The notes under the pieces are model-generated. The model was not told where the DNA came from, did no database searches, and saw only the letters and a list, made by a program, of their open reading frames with translations. The position numbers and the translations under genes are program-made. Below are positions 39,420-49,458 of a stretch of DNA of 49,992 bases, one piece after another. Source of the stretch: Syntrophomonadaceae bacterium (GTDB taxonomy: Bacteria > Bacillota > Dethiobacteria > DTU022); NCBI GenBank assembly GCA_003550645.1, contig PUKV01000252.1:1-49992 (forward strand). The letters are read 5' to 3'. How positions within the stretch are numbered: position 1 is the first letter of the stretch; each line of letters starts with the position of its first letter.

Positions 39420-40766
39420 TTGAAGCATTCCAATGTGTTTTATCGATCCCTGGAAAAAAAGTATCCTTTGCTTGACAGGGGTGAAGGTATTTTCGTATGG
39501 GATGACTGTGGCCGCAGGTACCTGGACGGCGCATCCGGTTGTGTTGTTACCAATATCGGTTACGGGGTGCAATCAGTAGCGGAAGCCCTTTACAAGGAAG
39601 CCCGGCAGACGGGCTTTTCTCATGGAACTACCTTTACCAACAGACCCCAGGAAGAACTGGCCCGCCTGGTAACCGAAGACGCTCCCCCGGGCATGGATTA
39701 TGTTTATTTTGTCTCCGGGGGCACGGAGGCAAATGAAACCGCTTTCAGCCTTGCCATCCAGTATCACCGTCAAAAAAGCAACCATAAAAAATGGAAAATA
39801 ATCGGCAGGCGCCTGAGTTATCACGGCAGTTCATTTGCCACCCTTTCAACTGCCGGTAATATAGAACGGCGCAGCCTTTATTCTCCGCTTGTGATGCCTT
39901 TCCCGCTCGTCCCGGCCCCGCACTGCTACCGCTGTTATTGCGGCGCTACTTATCCGGAATGCGGGATTAGTTGTGCCCGGGAACTGGAGAATACCATTCT
40001 TGCAGAAGGACCAGAAAATGTAGCGGCCTTTATCTTTGAGCCGATCATCGGTACCTCTGCTGCAGCCAGTGTTCCCCCGGCTGAATACTTTACCATGGTT
40101 CGTGACATTTGCGATCGTTACGATGTGCTGATGATTACCGATGAAGTGCTCTGCGGTTACGGCAGGAGCGGTCTTTACATGGCTATGGATCACTTTGGAG
40201 TCAGCGCCGACCTGGTTACTCTTGGCAAAGGGCTGGGTGGAGGATACGCTCCGCTGGGTGCAGTTTTAATGCAGGAAAAAGTGTATGAGATTTTTAACAA
40301 CAATACCCGCAATTTCATTCATGGTTATTCGTACCAGGGTAACCCGGTTAGCTGTGCCGCCGGGGTGGCTGTAAACCTGTATATAAAAGAGAACAACCTT
40401 TTCCAGCAAGTTGAAGAAAAAGGCCGGTACCTGAAAGGCAAGCTAAATGAAGTTGCTGCCGGCAGGCCAATCGTTGGCGATGTCCGGGGCATGGGTTTAC
40501 TCCTGGGACTGGAACTGGTCAAGGACAGGGAGACAAGGGAATCTTACCCGGCATCAATTGCCCTGGCTGAAAAGGTCCGTGCAATAGCCATGCATGAACT
40601 GGACGAAGGGTTGCTAGTATATACCGGGGTGGGCAGAACGGCCGATATTTTTCCTCGCGATTATCTGCTTGTTGCTCCACCGTTTGTAATCGAGAAAGCA
40701 GAAATGGACTTGCTGGTTGACCTGCTCGCTGGAGCAGTAGATAAAGCATGTGAAAGCCTTGCTTAA
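39420..40766 (+). CDS. Class III PLP-dependent aminotransferase
   Basis: YLDGASG, SGGTEANE, SYHG, FIFEPI, DEVLCGYGRSG and GKGLGGGY (PLP Lys). Confidence 0.92.
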   Translation: MKHSNVFYRSLEKKYPLLDRGEGIFVWDDCGRRYLDGASGCVVTNIGYGVQSVAEALYKEARQTGFSHGTTFTNRPQEELARLVTEDAPPGMDYVYFVSGGTEANETAFSLAIQYHRQKSNHKKWKIIGRRLSYHGSSFATLSTAGNIERRSLYSPLVMPFPLVPAPHCYRCYCGATYPECGISCARELENTILAEGPENVAAFIFEPIIGTSAAASVPPAEYFTMVRDICDRYDVLMITDEVLCGYGRSGLYMAMDHFGVSADLVTLGKGLGGGYAPLGAVLMQEKVYEIFNNNTRNFIHGYSYQGNPVSCAAGVAVNLYIKENNLFQQVEEKGRYLKGKLNEVAAGRPIVGDVRGMGLLLGLELVKDRETRESYPASIALAEKVRAIAMHELDEGLLVYTGVGRTADIFPRDYLLVAPPFVIEKAEMDLLVDLLAGAVDKACESLA

Positions 40767-40908
40767 TAATTATTCTAGCGAACCGGCCTGGTATTTAAAC
40801 CTGCTTTTCTTGAGGGTTACTCTAAAAAGCCGGGTGGTTTGCCTGCATTGTTGCTTTCCATGTTCCCTCCTGCTATTAATTTTTAAGATAATTTAACAAT
40901 TTTCATAG

Positions 40909-40933
40909 AGGGTATTTTGAGAAATAAACGAAT
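40909..40933 (+). promoter_or_regulatory. SigH-like promoter upstream of the TAXI gene
   Basis: agAGGG-N17-GAAT. Confidence 0.45.
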
Positions 40934-41275
40934 AAGAAATAAGTGAATAGTACTAAAACTAAGATATAAAAAAATTAGCACTATCAAGATTTCAACTACC
41001 CAGGACTGGCCTGCTAAGCCACAGTAGACGGTTCCACCCTTTTCCTTTCGGCCCTGAAACTATGCTTTATGGGATATTCGAACCGTTTTCATGACGCCGC
41101 TTAGCATTTAACAAGGAAAACAGGCTGATTAGTTGCTCAATATTTAGGCTTGCAGCACCTGGATTAATACTGGTTTTTGTAGCAATCTACTTCACTACGG
41201 GGGGTGAGTGATGGGTTTTAAGCTGGGCCTGATTTCAAATTAAAAAAGATTAAATCGAGGAGGTTAAAGTAAAAA

Positions 41276-42319
41276 ATGAATATGAAAAAAGCTTTAAGCT
41301 TGATGCTGGTCGTGTTTTTTGTGGTAAGCTTGATGCTGGTCGTCGGTTGCGAACCTGCAGAGGAACCGGAGCCCGAGCCAGAGGAACCGGAAGAAGAAGT
41401 AGAAGAGCCGGAACCAGATGAAGAAGAAGAAGTAGGGCCGGTGCGCTGGACTATCGCTTCCGGCTGGGTAGCCGGGGTCTATTACCCCATCTCCGGGGCC
41501 ATGTCCCGGGTCGCTTATGAAAACATGGATAATATCAGCCTGACCGCTGAAGCTTCCGGCGCCTCGGTGGCCAACGCCCGCCTGATCGGGACAAAGGACG
41601 CCGAGCTGGCTATCCTGCAAAATGATATCGCCTATTATGCCTACAATGGCATAGAAATGTATGAAGATGAAGCTGTTCCCGAAATGAGAGGGTTTTTCAC
41701 CCTCTATCCCGAGCACTGCCAGATCGTAGCCAGCGCTGATGCCGGGATTGAAAACCCGGGCGACCTGGCCGGAAAAGATGTTGCCGTAGGGCCCCTGGGC
41801 AGCGGAACTGAAGCTAACGCGGTGCAGATCCTTGAAGCCTACGACCTGACTTTTGATGATCTTGGCTCTGTAGAACGTATTACTGCCAGTGAAGCGGCCG
41901 ACTTCTTAAGGGACGGCCGAATTGATGCAGCATTTTTCACTGTTGGTTTGGGTGCAGCCGCCATTGAGGAAGTTGCTATTGTAAAAGATGTAGAAATTGT
42001 AACCATTGACGATGATAAGATTGACTGGTTGATCGAAACCTACCCCTATTATTCTAAAGAGGTTATTCCGGCAGACACCTACAGTGGCGTTCCGGAATCC
42101 ACAACCGTAGCTGTTTTGGCCATGGTAGTGGGGCATGCCGATCTTTCTGAAGATCTGGCCTACGAATTTACCAGTAACATTTTTGAAAACATAGATACCA
42201 TTCACGGCGCCCATGAAAGAGGGACCCTGATTACCCTGGATACCGCTCTTGAAGGGATGCCGATTGAACTACATCCCGGTGCGGAAAGATACTTCCAGGA
42301 GCAGGGGCTAGTTGACTAA
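41276..42319 (+). CDS. TAXI-family TRAP transporter solute-binding lipoprotein
   Basis: Lipobox LVVG-C, Pro/Glu linker, ASGWVAGVYYP, SGASVAN, GPLGSGT and LHPGAERY. Confidence 0.92.
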   Translation: MNMKKALSLMLVVFFVVSLMLVVGCEPAEEPEPEPEEPEEEVEEPEPDEEEEVGPVRWTIASGWVAGVYYPISGAMSRVAYENMDNISLTAEASGASVANARLIGTKDAELAILQNDIAYYAYNGIEMYEDEAVPEMRGFFTLYPEHCQIVASADAGIENPGDLAGKDVAVGPLGSGTEANAVQILEAYDLTFDDLGSVERITASEAADFLRDGRIDAAFFTVGLGAAAIEEVAIVKDVEIVTIDDDKIDWLIETYPYYSKEVIPADTYSGVPESTTVAVLAMVVGHADLSEDLAYEFTSNIFENIDTIHGAHERGTLITLDTALEGMPIELHPGAERYFQEQGLVD

Positions 42320-42334
42320 AGCAACCTTTTACAG

Positions 42335-42371
42335 CGGGGTGCAGGATCTTCAATAGGTCCTGCACCTTGTT
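42335..42371 (+). terminator. Intercistronic hairpin after the solute-binding gene (mRNA stabiliser or partial terminator)
   Basis: GGTGCAGGATCT-tcaat-AGGTCCTGCACC stem without a long U tract. Confidence 0.55.
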
Positions 42372-42404
42372 CAAGATACCTGGTTGCTGGAGAGGTGGGT
42401 TTAT

Positions 42405-44432
42405 GTGCAAAAGGATGATCTATTTAAACTTCCGGATCTACCAGAAGAACTAGAAAAATTTACTGAAGAAGGCATGACCAGGCAATTGATCGGCAAGGCG
42501 GGCCTTATTGTTTTTATCATTGGAGCCCTGTGGGCTTTGTTTCACCTTTACACCGCCGGCGCAGGACAGCTGACGGCAAGCTTGCAGCGTTCGGCTCACC
42601 TGTCAGTGGCCCTGGTTCTTTGTTTTCTTTACTTTCCCTACACCAAAAAGAGAGAAGAGCTTTATAGGAAGCTGCCCTGGTACGATATTTTACTGGCCTT
42701 GGTGAGTTTTGTCTCGGTGTTTTATGTATTTGTCTTTTATGAAGATCTTGCCCTCAGGGTCGGGAGGCCACTGCTGATCGACTTGATCTTCGGAGGCGTG
42801 GCCGTTCTGATGGTCCTGGAATGCGCCCGGCGTGCCTTTGGGTTTGTGCTCCCGACGGTTACGGTGTTTTTTCTTTTCTACTCTTATTTTGGACCTTATT
42901 TTCCCGATCTTATCGCTCACCGGGGCTACAGCTTAAGGCGGATTATCGATCACCTCTACCTGACCGGTGAAGGAATGTTTGGCATCCCCGTCGGGGTGGC
43001 CGCCTCTTTCGTGTTTGCTTTTGTTATGTTCGGCTGCTTCTTCCAGGCCTCAGGGGCCGGTGGTTACCTGGTCAACCTGGCCAATGCCATGCTGGGCAGG
43101 ACCAGGGGGGGACCGGCCAAGGCTGCTGTCGTCGGCAGCGGCTTTATGGGCAGCATCGTCGGCAGTTCGGTGGCCAATACCGTGGTCACCGGTTCGATGA
43201 CCATCCCGATGATGAAAAGGGCCGGCTACAAGCCCGAAGTAGCCGGAGGAATTGAAACCGCCGCCTCTACCAATGGCCAGTTTTTGCCGCCGATCATGGG
43301 CGCGGCCGCTTTCATCATGGCTGAATTTACCGCCATCCCTTATTACCAGATCATCATCCACGCCGCCCTGCCTGCGGTAATTAGTTATGTAGCCTTATTG
43401 ATCATGGTCCACCTGGAAGCGGCAAAAATGGATATTAAAGCGCTGCCCAAAGAAGAAATACCCCCCTTTGTATCAACTTTTTTTGCCGGGATCCACTTTT
43501 GGATTCCGGTGGTGGTCCTGGTTTACTACCTGCTCGTTTTAAGGGTTACCCCGCTGACCGCGGGCTTTTACGGTATTTTAGCCATGCTCCTGGTCAGCCT
43601 GGCCGTTAAACTGCTGCAAGCATTCAAGGAGATCAGGGCAGGCAGCATAGAGGCCTGGCCTGCTGTTAGCGAGCAGCTTAAAGTTATGGGCAAAGAGTTT
43701 ATAGATGGCCTGGACAGCTCGGCCAAGAGTATGGCCGGCATTGGGGTAGCCTGCGGCTGTGCCGGCTTGATTGTCGGTGTGATCAGCCTGACCGGGCTGG
43801 GCTTGCGGATGACCATCTTTTTCTCGGTGCTCGCAGGAGACAGCCTGTTGCTGCTGCTGGTCATTGCGGCCGTGATGTCTATCGTGCTGGGCATGGGCCT
43901 GCCGACCACTGCAAAATATGTGATTATGGCTACCCTGGTGGCTCCGGCAGTGCTGTTTGTTGAGCCTGACCTGCCGGTAGTGGCCATCCATCTTTTCATT
44001 CTATATTATGCCATCCTGGCCGACGACACTCCGCCGGTCGGTGTGGCCGCTTATTCTGCCGCTGCCGTAGCCCGTTCGGAACCGATCAGGACCGGGATCC
44101 AGGGCTTTAAAGTTGACATGGCCGCATTCCTGCTGCCGTTCATGTTTATCTATAACACAGAATTCCTTTTAATTGATACGACCTGGCAGGGTGCCGTATT
44201 AATTTCAGCAACTTCACTTTTTGGGATGTATTGCTTTGCCGCTGTTGTCCAGCGCTGGTTATTTACAAAGTTACGTATTTATGAGCAGGCAATTTTGCTC
44301 GCTATTGCGATATCCATGATCTGGCCGACGATCCTGACGGATATTATCGGGGTTTCTGTCTTTGCGTTTATCTATATAATGCAGCGCAGGCGTAAAGCTT
44401 TTGAAGACACTAAAGGGGTAACACCTGCTTAG
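42405..44432 (+). CDS. TRAP transporter fused permease (4TM/12TM, TAXI type)
   Basis: GGPAKAAV, GSSVANTV, PPIMGAAAF, LGMGLPTT and TPPV. GTG start at 42405 after GAGGTG. Confidence 0.92.
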   Translation: MQKDDLFKLPDLPEELEKFTEEGMTRQLIGKAGLIVFIIGALWALFHLYTAGAGQLTASLQRSAHLSVALVLCFLYFPYTKKREELYRKLPWYDILLALVSFVSVFYVFVFYEDLALRVGRPLLIDLIFGGVAVLMVLECARRAFGFVLPTVTVFFLFYSYFGPYFPDLIAHRGYSLRRIIDHLYLTGEGMFGIPVGVAASFVFAFVMFGCFFQASGAGGYLVNLANAMLGRTRGGPAKAAVVGSGFMGSIVGSSVANTVVTGSMTIPMMKRAGYKPEVAGGIETAASTNGQFLPPIMGAAAFIMAEFTAIPYYQIIIHAALPAVISYVALLIMVHLEAAKMDIKALPKEEIPPFVSTFFAGIHFWIPVVVLVYYLLVLRVTPLTAGFYGILAMLLVSLAVKLLQAFKEIRAGSIEAWPAVSEQLKVMGKEFIDGLDSSAKSMAGIGVACGCAGLIVGVISLTGLGLRMTIFFSVLAGDSLLLLLVIAAVMSIVLGMGLPTTAKYVIMATLVAPAVLFVEPDLPVVAIHLFILYYAILADDTPPVGVAAYSAAAVARSEPIRTGIQGFKVDMAAFLLPFMFIYNTEFLLIDTTWQGAVLISATSLFGMYCFAAVVQRWLFTKLRIYEQAILLAIAISMIWPTILTDIIGVSVFAFIYIMQRRRKAFEDTKGVTPA

Positions 44433-44467
44433 GTCTAAGTGCCTGGCAAAACTGGCGGGTTACAGCG

Positions 44468-44986
44468 ATGTGCGTATTAACTAAAATGCAGGCATGTCCG
44501 GGAGCGAGAAAATATAGACCGCTATATTGTATTCTGCTCCTGGGTATGCTTGTTTTTATCTATTCCGGCATCATGCATATACATTCTCCGCAGCAGCACC
44601 TGGTTGTGGAAGCGCCCGGGGAAGAGCAGTATCTTTATTCCATACCTGCTAATAATAATGATGTTTTTGAAATGACCTATCTACATTCGGTGAGCAACCG
44701 GCTGGTACAGGGCCGTTTTGAAATCACCGGAGAAGGAGATATCAGGCCGCTCACTACAACTTTTGACTCTTTTGGCCCGGGTCTCCCTGAACTGGATGGT
44801 TCACTTGACTATGAAGTCCAAAACGGAAAATTTGTGGTTTACCATGATGAAGAGCCCAGGGAAAAGATTAGCCTGTTTGTTTCCCCGCTAACAGAGGACC
44901 GGCTATACTGGTATGGTCAGGAATACGACCTCGCCTCTCATTTTGAAAAACCGGTCTTGCTCAAGATTTATACCTCCACTAAATGA
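44468..44986 (+). CDS. DUF1850-like accessory protein of TAXI-TRAP operons
   Basis: N-terminal hydrophobic segment, FEMTYLHSV and SFGPGLP motifs, and operon context. Confidence 0.7.
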   Translation: MCVLTKMQACPGARKYRPLYCILLLGMLVFIYSGIMHIHSPQQHLVVEAPGEEQYLYSIPANNNDVFEMTYLHSVSNRLVQGRFEITGEGDIRPLTTTFDSFGPGLPELDGSLDYEVQNGKFVVYHDEEPREKISLFVSPLTEDRLYWYGQEYDLASHFEKPVLLKIYTSTK

Positions 44987-45044
44987 AACGCGGAACCGTC
45001 CCCGTGTTTCGCCTGGAACCGTCCTCATGTTTCGCCCGTGTTTC
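44985..45044. repeat. Cluster of REP-like GAACCGTCC hairpin units
   Basis: GAAACGCGGAACCGTCCCCGTGTTTC (44985-45010), GGAACCGTCCTCATGTTTC (45015-45033) and partial CCCGTGTTTC (45035-45044). Confidence 0.75.
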
Positions 45045-45132
45045 GTTTTTATTCTCTTTTCTGTTCTGGCAATATATGATAGAATCTATTCATTATATTA
45101 CTTTCCGATCATATACACGTTAAGGAGACGAA

Positions 45133-47550
45133 ATGGCCGAGAGAGAAAATGTAGTGCCTGTAAATATTTATGACGAAGTCAAGGTGTCTTTTCTTGACTA
45201 TGCCATGAGCGTTATCGTCAGCAGGGCGCTTCCTGATGTCCGGGACGGCCTGAAGCCTGTTCACAGGCGGATCCTGTACGCCATGTCGGAAATGGGTTCG
45301 ACTCATGATAAACCTTACCGCAAGTCAGCCCGGATTGTCGGTGAAGTTCTTGGTAAATATCACCCGCACGGGGATGTAGCGCTTTATGATGCTTTAGTGC
45401 GGCTGGCCCAGGACTTTACCACCCGCTATCCCCTGGTTGATGGCCATGGCAACTTTGGTTCCCAGGATGGGGATTCCGCCGCGGCGATGCGCTATACGGA
45501 AGCACGACTTTCTGCCATTGCCGGTGAAATGTTGACTGATTTGCATAAAGAAACAGTTGACTTCAGGCCTAACTTTGATGAGAGCCTGGAAGAACCGGCT
45601 GTTTTGCCGTCAAGATTTCCCAACCTGCTGGCCAACGGTTCGGCCGGTATAGCCGTGGGCATGGCTACCAATATCCCTCCGCACAACCTTAACGAGTTAA
45701 GCGAGGCGATCAAGCACCTGATTGCCAACCCGGAGGCCTCTGTACGGGATTTGCTGCAGTTTGTCAGGGGGCCGGATTTTCCCACCGGCGGTATTATCGT
45801 TGGCCATGAGGGGATCCATTCCGCCTATACAACCGGGCGGGGTATTATCAAAATCAGGGGCCTGGTCCAGGTTGAAAAAAGAGATAAAGAGCGCAGCCAA
45901 ATCGTAATCAGCGAGCTGCCCTACCAGCAGAACAAGGCCAGGCTGGTTGAAAAAATTGCCGAAATTGTCAAAGAACGTAAGATGGAAGGCATTACAGACC
46001 TGCGTGATGAGTCCGACCGCTCCGGGGTCCGGATTGTTATTGAAGTTAAAAAAGATTATGAACCCCAGGTAATTATCAACCAGCTTTACCAGTACACTTC
46101 ACTCCAGCAGACTTATGGGATTATCATGCTGGCTCTTGTTGACGGACAGCCCCAGGTCCTTGACCTGAAGCAGATGCTGGTTTGCTACCTGGAACACCAG
46201 AAGGATGTCATCAGGCGCCGTTCCCGGTTTGATTTACGCAAAGCGGAAGAAAGGTTGCATATTGTTGAAGGCCTCCTGATTGCCCTGGACAGGCTTGATG
46301 AAGTTATTGCCCTGATCAGGGCCTCTAAGGATGTCGCCACAGCCCGCGAAGGCCTGATGGATATGCTAAGTATTACCGAGAAGCAGTCCCAGGCAATCCT
46401 GGATATGCGCTTGCAGCGCTTGACCCAGCTTGAAATATCCAAGCTGGCTGAAGAACAGCAGCAGCTCCATGAAAAGATCGCTTACCTGAAAAGGATCCTG
46501 GAAGACGATAACCTGGTCATGCAGATTATAGGTGATGAACTGGCTGTTATCCAGCAGAAGCACGGCGATGAAAGAAGGACTCAGATTGTAGCCGATGAAG
46601 GGGACGTAGTTTTGACCGATTTGATTTTCCAGGAAGATGTAGTTGTGACCCTGACCGACCGCGGCTACATCAAGCGGCTGCCCTTAACCACCTACCGCAG
46701 CCAGCACCGCGGTGGCAGAGGGGTTCTCGGCATGCAGACCCGGGAAAATGACCGCGTGGAACAGTGCCATGTGGCCTCCACCCATGATAAACTGCTTTGC
46801 TTCAGCAACCGGGGCAAGGTCTACCTGCTTCAGATCCACGAGATACCGGAGTCGGGCAGGCAGTCCCGCGGGACGGCCCTGGTAAACCTGCTGCCCCTGG
46901 AAGAAAATGAATATATTACTGCCACCCTGCCGATTGATGAATTCAGCGAAGACCGGTTCCTGCTCATGGTAACCGTGCGCGGCATGATCAAGAAAACTTC
47001 GCTTGGAGAGTATAAAAATACCCGCAAAAGCGGACTTACAGCCTTGAACCTTTCTCCAGAGGATGAGTTGATGGCCGTTAAACTGACCGATGGCAAAAAA
47101 GAGGTTTTGGTCGGAACCAGCGCCGGGTTGTTTGTCCGTTTTTCTGAAACCGAGGTCAGGCCGATGGGCAGGGCCGCCAGGGGCGTAAAAGCGGCCACAC
47201 TTGGCCCGGAAGACAAGGTGGTTGGGGCGGACCTGGTTACCGAAGATCACCAGGTATTAATAGCTTCAGCCAAAGGCTTCGGGAAACGGGTTCGTGTCAG
47301 CGAATTTACAGCCCGCAGGCGCGGAGGTAAGGGCATGATTGGTATGAAAATGACCAGGCGAAGCGGCCCCCTGGCTGTATTCATCGTTTTAACCGGCCAG
47401 GAAGAAGAGTTCATGATTGTTACTGCCCGGGGCGTGATTAACCGGCAGAAAATAGAAGAGGTTTCATTATTGGGAAGATATGCCAGGGGAGTAACCCTGA
47501 TCAGGCTGGATCAAGATGACAGGGTGGTCAACCTGATTGGCCTTGAGTAG
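45133..47550 (+). CDS. gyrA: DNA gyrase subunit A
   Basis: [22 protein letters not shown] catalytic Tyr and GyrA-box QHRGGRG. Confidence 0.98.
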   Translation: MAERENVVPVNIYDEVKVSFLDYAMSVIVSRALPDVRDGLKPVHRRILYAMSEMGSTHDKPYRKSARIVGEVLGKYHPHGDVALYDALVRLAQDFTTRYPLVDGHGNFGSQDGDSAAAMRYTEARLSAIAGEMLTDLHKETVDFRPNFDESLEEPAVLPSRFPNLLANGSAGIAVGMATNIPPHNLNELSEAIKHLIANPEASVRDLLQFVRGPDFPTGGIIVGHEGIHSAYTTGRGIIKIRGLVQVEKRDKERSQIVISELPYQQNKARLVEKIAEIVKERKMEGITDLRDESDRSGVRIVIEVKKDYEPQVIINQLYQYTSLQQTYGIIMLALVDGQPQVLDLKQMLVCYLEHQKDVIRRRSRFDLRKAEERLHIVEGLLIALDRLDEVIALIRASKDVATAREGLMDMLSITEKQSQAILDMRLQRLTQLEISKLAEEQQQLHEKIAYLKRILEDDNLVMQIIGDELAVIQQKHGDERRTQIVADEGDVVLTDLIFQEDVVVTLTDRGYIKRLPLTTYRSQHRGGRGVLGMQTRENDRVEQCHVASTHDKLLCFSNRGKVYLLQIHEIPESGRQSRGTALVNLLPLEENEYITATLPIDEFSEDRFLLMVTVRGMIKKTSLGEYKNTRKSGLTALNLSPEDELMAVKLTDGKKEVLVGTSAGLFVRFSETEVRPMGRAARGVKAATLGPEDKVVGADLVTEDHQVLIASAKGFGKRVRVSEFTARRRGGKGMIGMKMTRRSGPLAVFIVLTGQEEEFMIVTARGVINRQKIEEVSLLGRYARGVTLIRLDQDDRVVNLIGLE

Positions 47551-47575
47551 CTATTTTAGAAAGGAAGTAACTAGA

Positions 47576-49078
47576 ATGGCAGAAGCAAGAAGAGTAAAAA
47601 TTACTGATACATCGCTGCGTGATGCGCACCAGTCGTTAATGGCCACGAGGATGCGTTTAGGCGAGATGCTGCCAATAATTGAGCAAATGGACCAGGTGGG
47701 TTACCATTCGGTAGAGATCTGGGGTGGGGCCACCTTCGATGCCTGCCTCAGGTATTTAAACGAAGACCCCTGGGAGCGGCTGAGGCAATTAAGCAAAGGC
47801 TTGAAAAAAACCAAAAAACAGATGCTCCTGAGAGGGCAAAACCTGGTAGGGTACCGCCACTATGCCGATGATGTACTGGAAGAATTTATTAAAAAATCGG
47901 TTTACAACGGGATCAATATCATCAGGATCTTTGATGCCCTCAATGATCTGCGCAATATGGAGAAAGCTATCCAGGTTGCAAAGCAAGAAGGGGTTCATGC
48001 CCAGGGGACGATTTGTTATACTACCAGTCCTTTTCATAACCTGGATCATTTCGTTGAACTGGGGTTGGAGCTTAAAAATGTGGGCTCTGATTCAATCTGC
48101 ATCAAGGATATGTCCGGCTTGATCGCCCCTTTCAAGGCTTATGAGCTGGTGGGCCGCCTCAAACAAGAAGTGGGCCTGCCCGTCCAGCTGCACTGCCACT
48201 ATTCCAGCGGAATGGCTTCCATGGCCTATCTCAAGGCAGCTGAGGCCGGTGCCGATGTTATTGATACTGCCTCTGCTCCCCTTTCAATGGGATCAAGCCA
48301 GCCCGCAACAGATACTATGGTAGCTGCTCTGAAAGAAACCCCTTATGATACCGGTTTGGATATGAATCAGTTAACTGAAGTAAGCCGGCACTTTAGAGAA
48401 ATTGTCCGTGATTATAAAATACCCAGGGATGTCATGGGTGTTGATACAAACGTGTTAATCTACCAGATTCCCGGGGGCATGATATCCAACCTTTCTTCAC
48501 AGCTTTCTGATCAAAACGCCACCGACCTGCTTAGAGACGTGCTTGATGAAGTTCCTTCTGTTCGCGCCGACCTTGGTTACCCGCCCCTGGTTACCCCCAC
48601 CAGCCAGATAGTCGGGACCCAGGCCATGTTTAACGTGTTGACCGGTGAGCGCTATAAAATGATCATTACCGAAGTTAAAAATTATCTGCGCGGCCTCTAC
48701 GGGAAACCTCCGGGAGATATTAACCATGCTTTGAAAGAACTTGTTCTCAAGGGTGAAGAACCGATCACCGGACGTCCGGCCGATAACTTAAAGCCCCAGT
48801 TGGAGGCAGCGAGAAAAGAAATAGAAGAATATATAGAACAGGAAGAAGATGTTTTATCTTATATAATTCTTCCCAATGTAGCCCTGGATTTCTTTAAGAG
48901 ACGAAAGGGCCTGTTACCGCCCCTGGAAACGGGCCATAAAACTGACGCTTCCAAAGACCACATGACTATAATTAACGTTAACGGCAGCAAACAAAGGCTC
49001 CATCTTGAAAACTTATCCAGCATTGATTACGACCTGGTTTGGAGCGACGGTTACAATGCAGTATACCCGGTTACTTAA
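47576..49078 (+). CDS. Oxaloacetate decarboxylase alpha / pyruvate carboxylase subunit B carboxyltransferase (no biotinyl domain)
   Basis: LRDAHQSL, WGGATFD, IKDMSG, HCH, QIPGGM and YPPLVTPTSQIVG. ATG at 47576. Confidence 0.9.
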   Translation: MAEARRVKITDTSLRDAHQSLMATRMRLGEMLPIIEQMDQVGYHSVEIWGGATFDACLRYLNEDPWERLRQLSKGLKKTKKQMLLRGQNLVGYRHYADDVLEEFIKKSVYNGINIIRIFDALNDLRNMEKAIQVAKQEGVHAQGTICYTTSPFHNLDHFVELGLELKNVGSDSICIKDMSGLIAPFKAYELVGRLKQEVGLPVQLHCHYSSGMASMAYLKAAEAGADVIDTASAPLSMGSSQPATDTMVAALKETPYDTGLDMNQLTEVSRHFREIVRDYKIPRDVMGVDTNVLIYQIPGGMISNLSSQLSDQNATDLLRDVLDEVPSVRADLGYPPLVTPTSQIVGTQAMFNVLTGERYKMIITEVKNYLRGLYGKPPGDINHALKELVLKGEEPITGRPADNLKPQLEAARKEIEEYIEQEEDVLSYIILPNVALDFFKRRKGLLPPLETGHKTDASKDHMTIINVNGSKQRLHLENLSSIDYDLVWSDGYNAVYPVT

Positions 49079-49161
49079 TTAACATTTTGATGAAAACCCG
49101 GCTGGTTTTAGCTGCATAGTTGAACTCATGTAATTATGCCGGCAGAAATAAGCTAAAATTG

Positions 49162-49190
49162 TTGACACCCTGCCGGCAGGGGGCTATAAT
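49162..49190 (+). promoter_or_regulatory. Consensus sigma-A promoter of the T-box/ilvE unit
   Basis: TTGACA-N17-TATAAT. Confidence 0.88.
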
Positions 49191-49213
49191 ATTAAACAAT
49201 CTTTTACTTTACA

Positions 49214-49458
49214 GGCGAAGAAAGACAGGAGTAGGCACAATTCTTTTTCAGAGAACCGGGGAGGCTGGAAACCGGTAAAGGGCTGTGCTGAACGTCGGTC
49301 CGGAGCCGTCCGGCTGAAACTGAAGTAGGCCGGACCGGGTTGATACCGTTACCACCATCACAAAGACTGGCTTTTGTAACCAGTACGGTTCTGGTTAGGT
49401 TAAAAAGGGTGGTACCGCGGAGGAAGCCCCTTCGCCCCTTTGGGCGAAGGGTTTTTTA
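49214..49458 (+). ncRNA. T-box riboswitch (probable Val, GUC specifier) with terminator
   Basis: AGTA at 49230, AGAGA at 49250, GGCTGGAA loop, GAAC-GTC-G specifier loop at 49290-49297, T-box AAGGGTGGTACCGCG at 49405-49419, terminator CCCTTCGCCC/GGGCGAAGGG followed by a T run. Confidence 0.93.

Noticed and set aside
39358-45132. Cassette as an active mobile element or genomic island
   Set aside because: No integrase, transposase, att-like direct repeats or tRNA target seen; kept only as a gene-order finding
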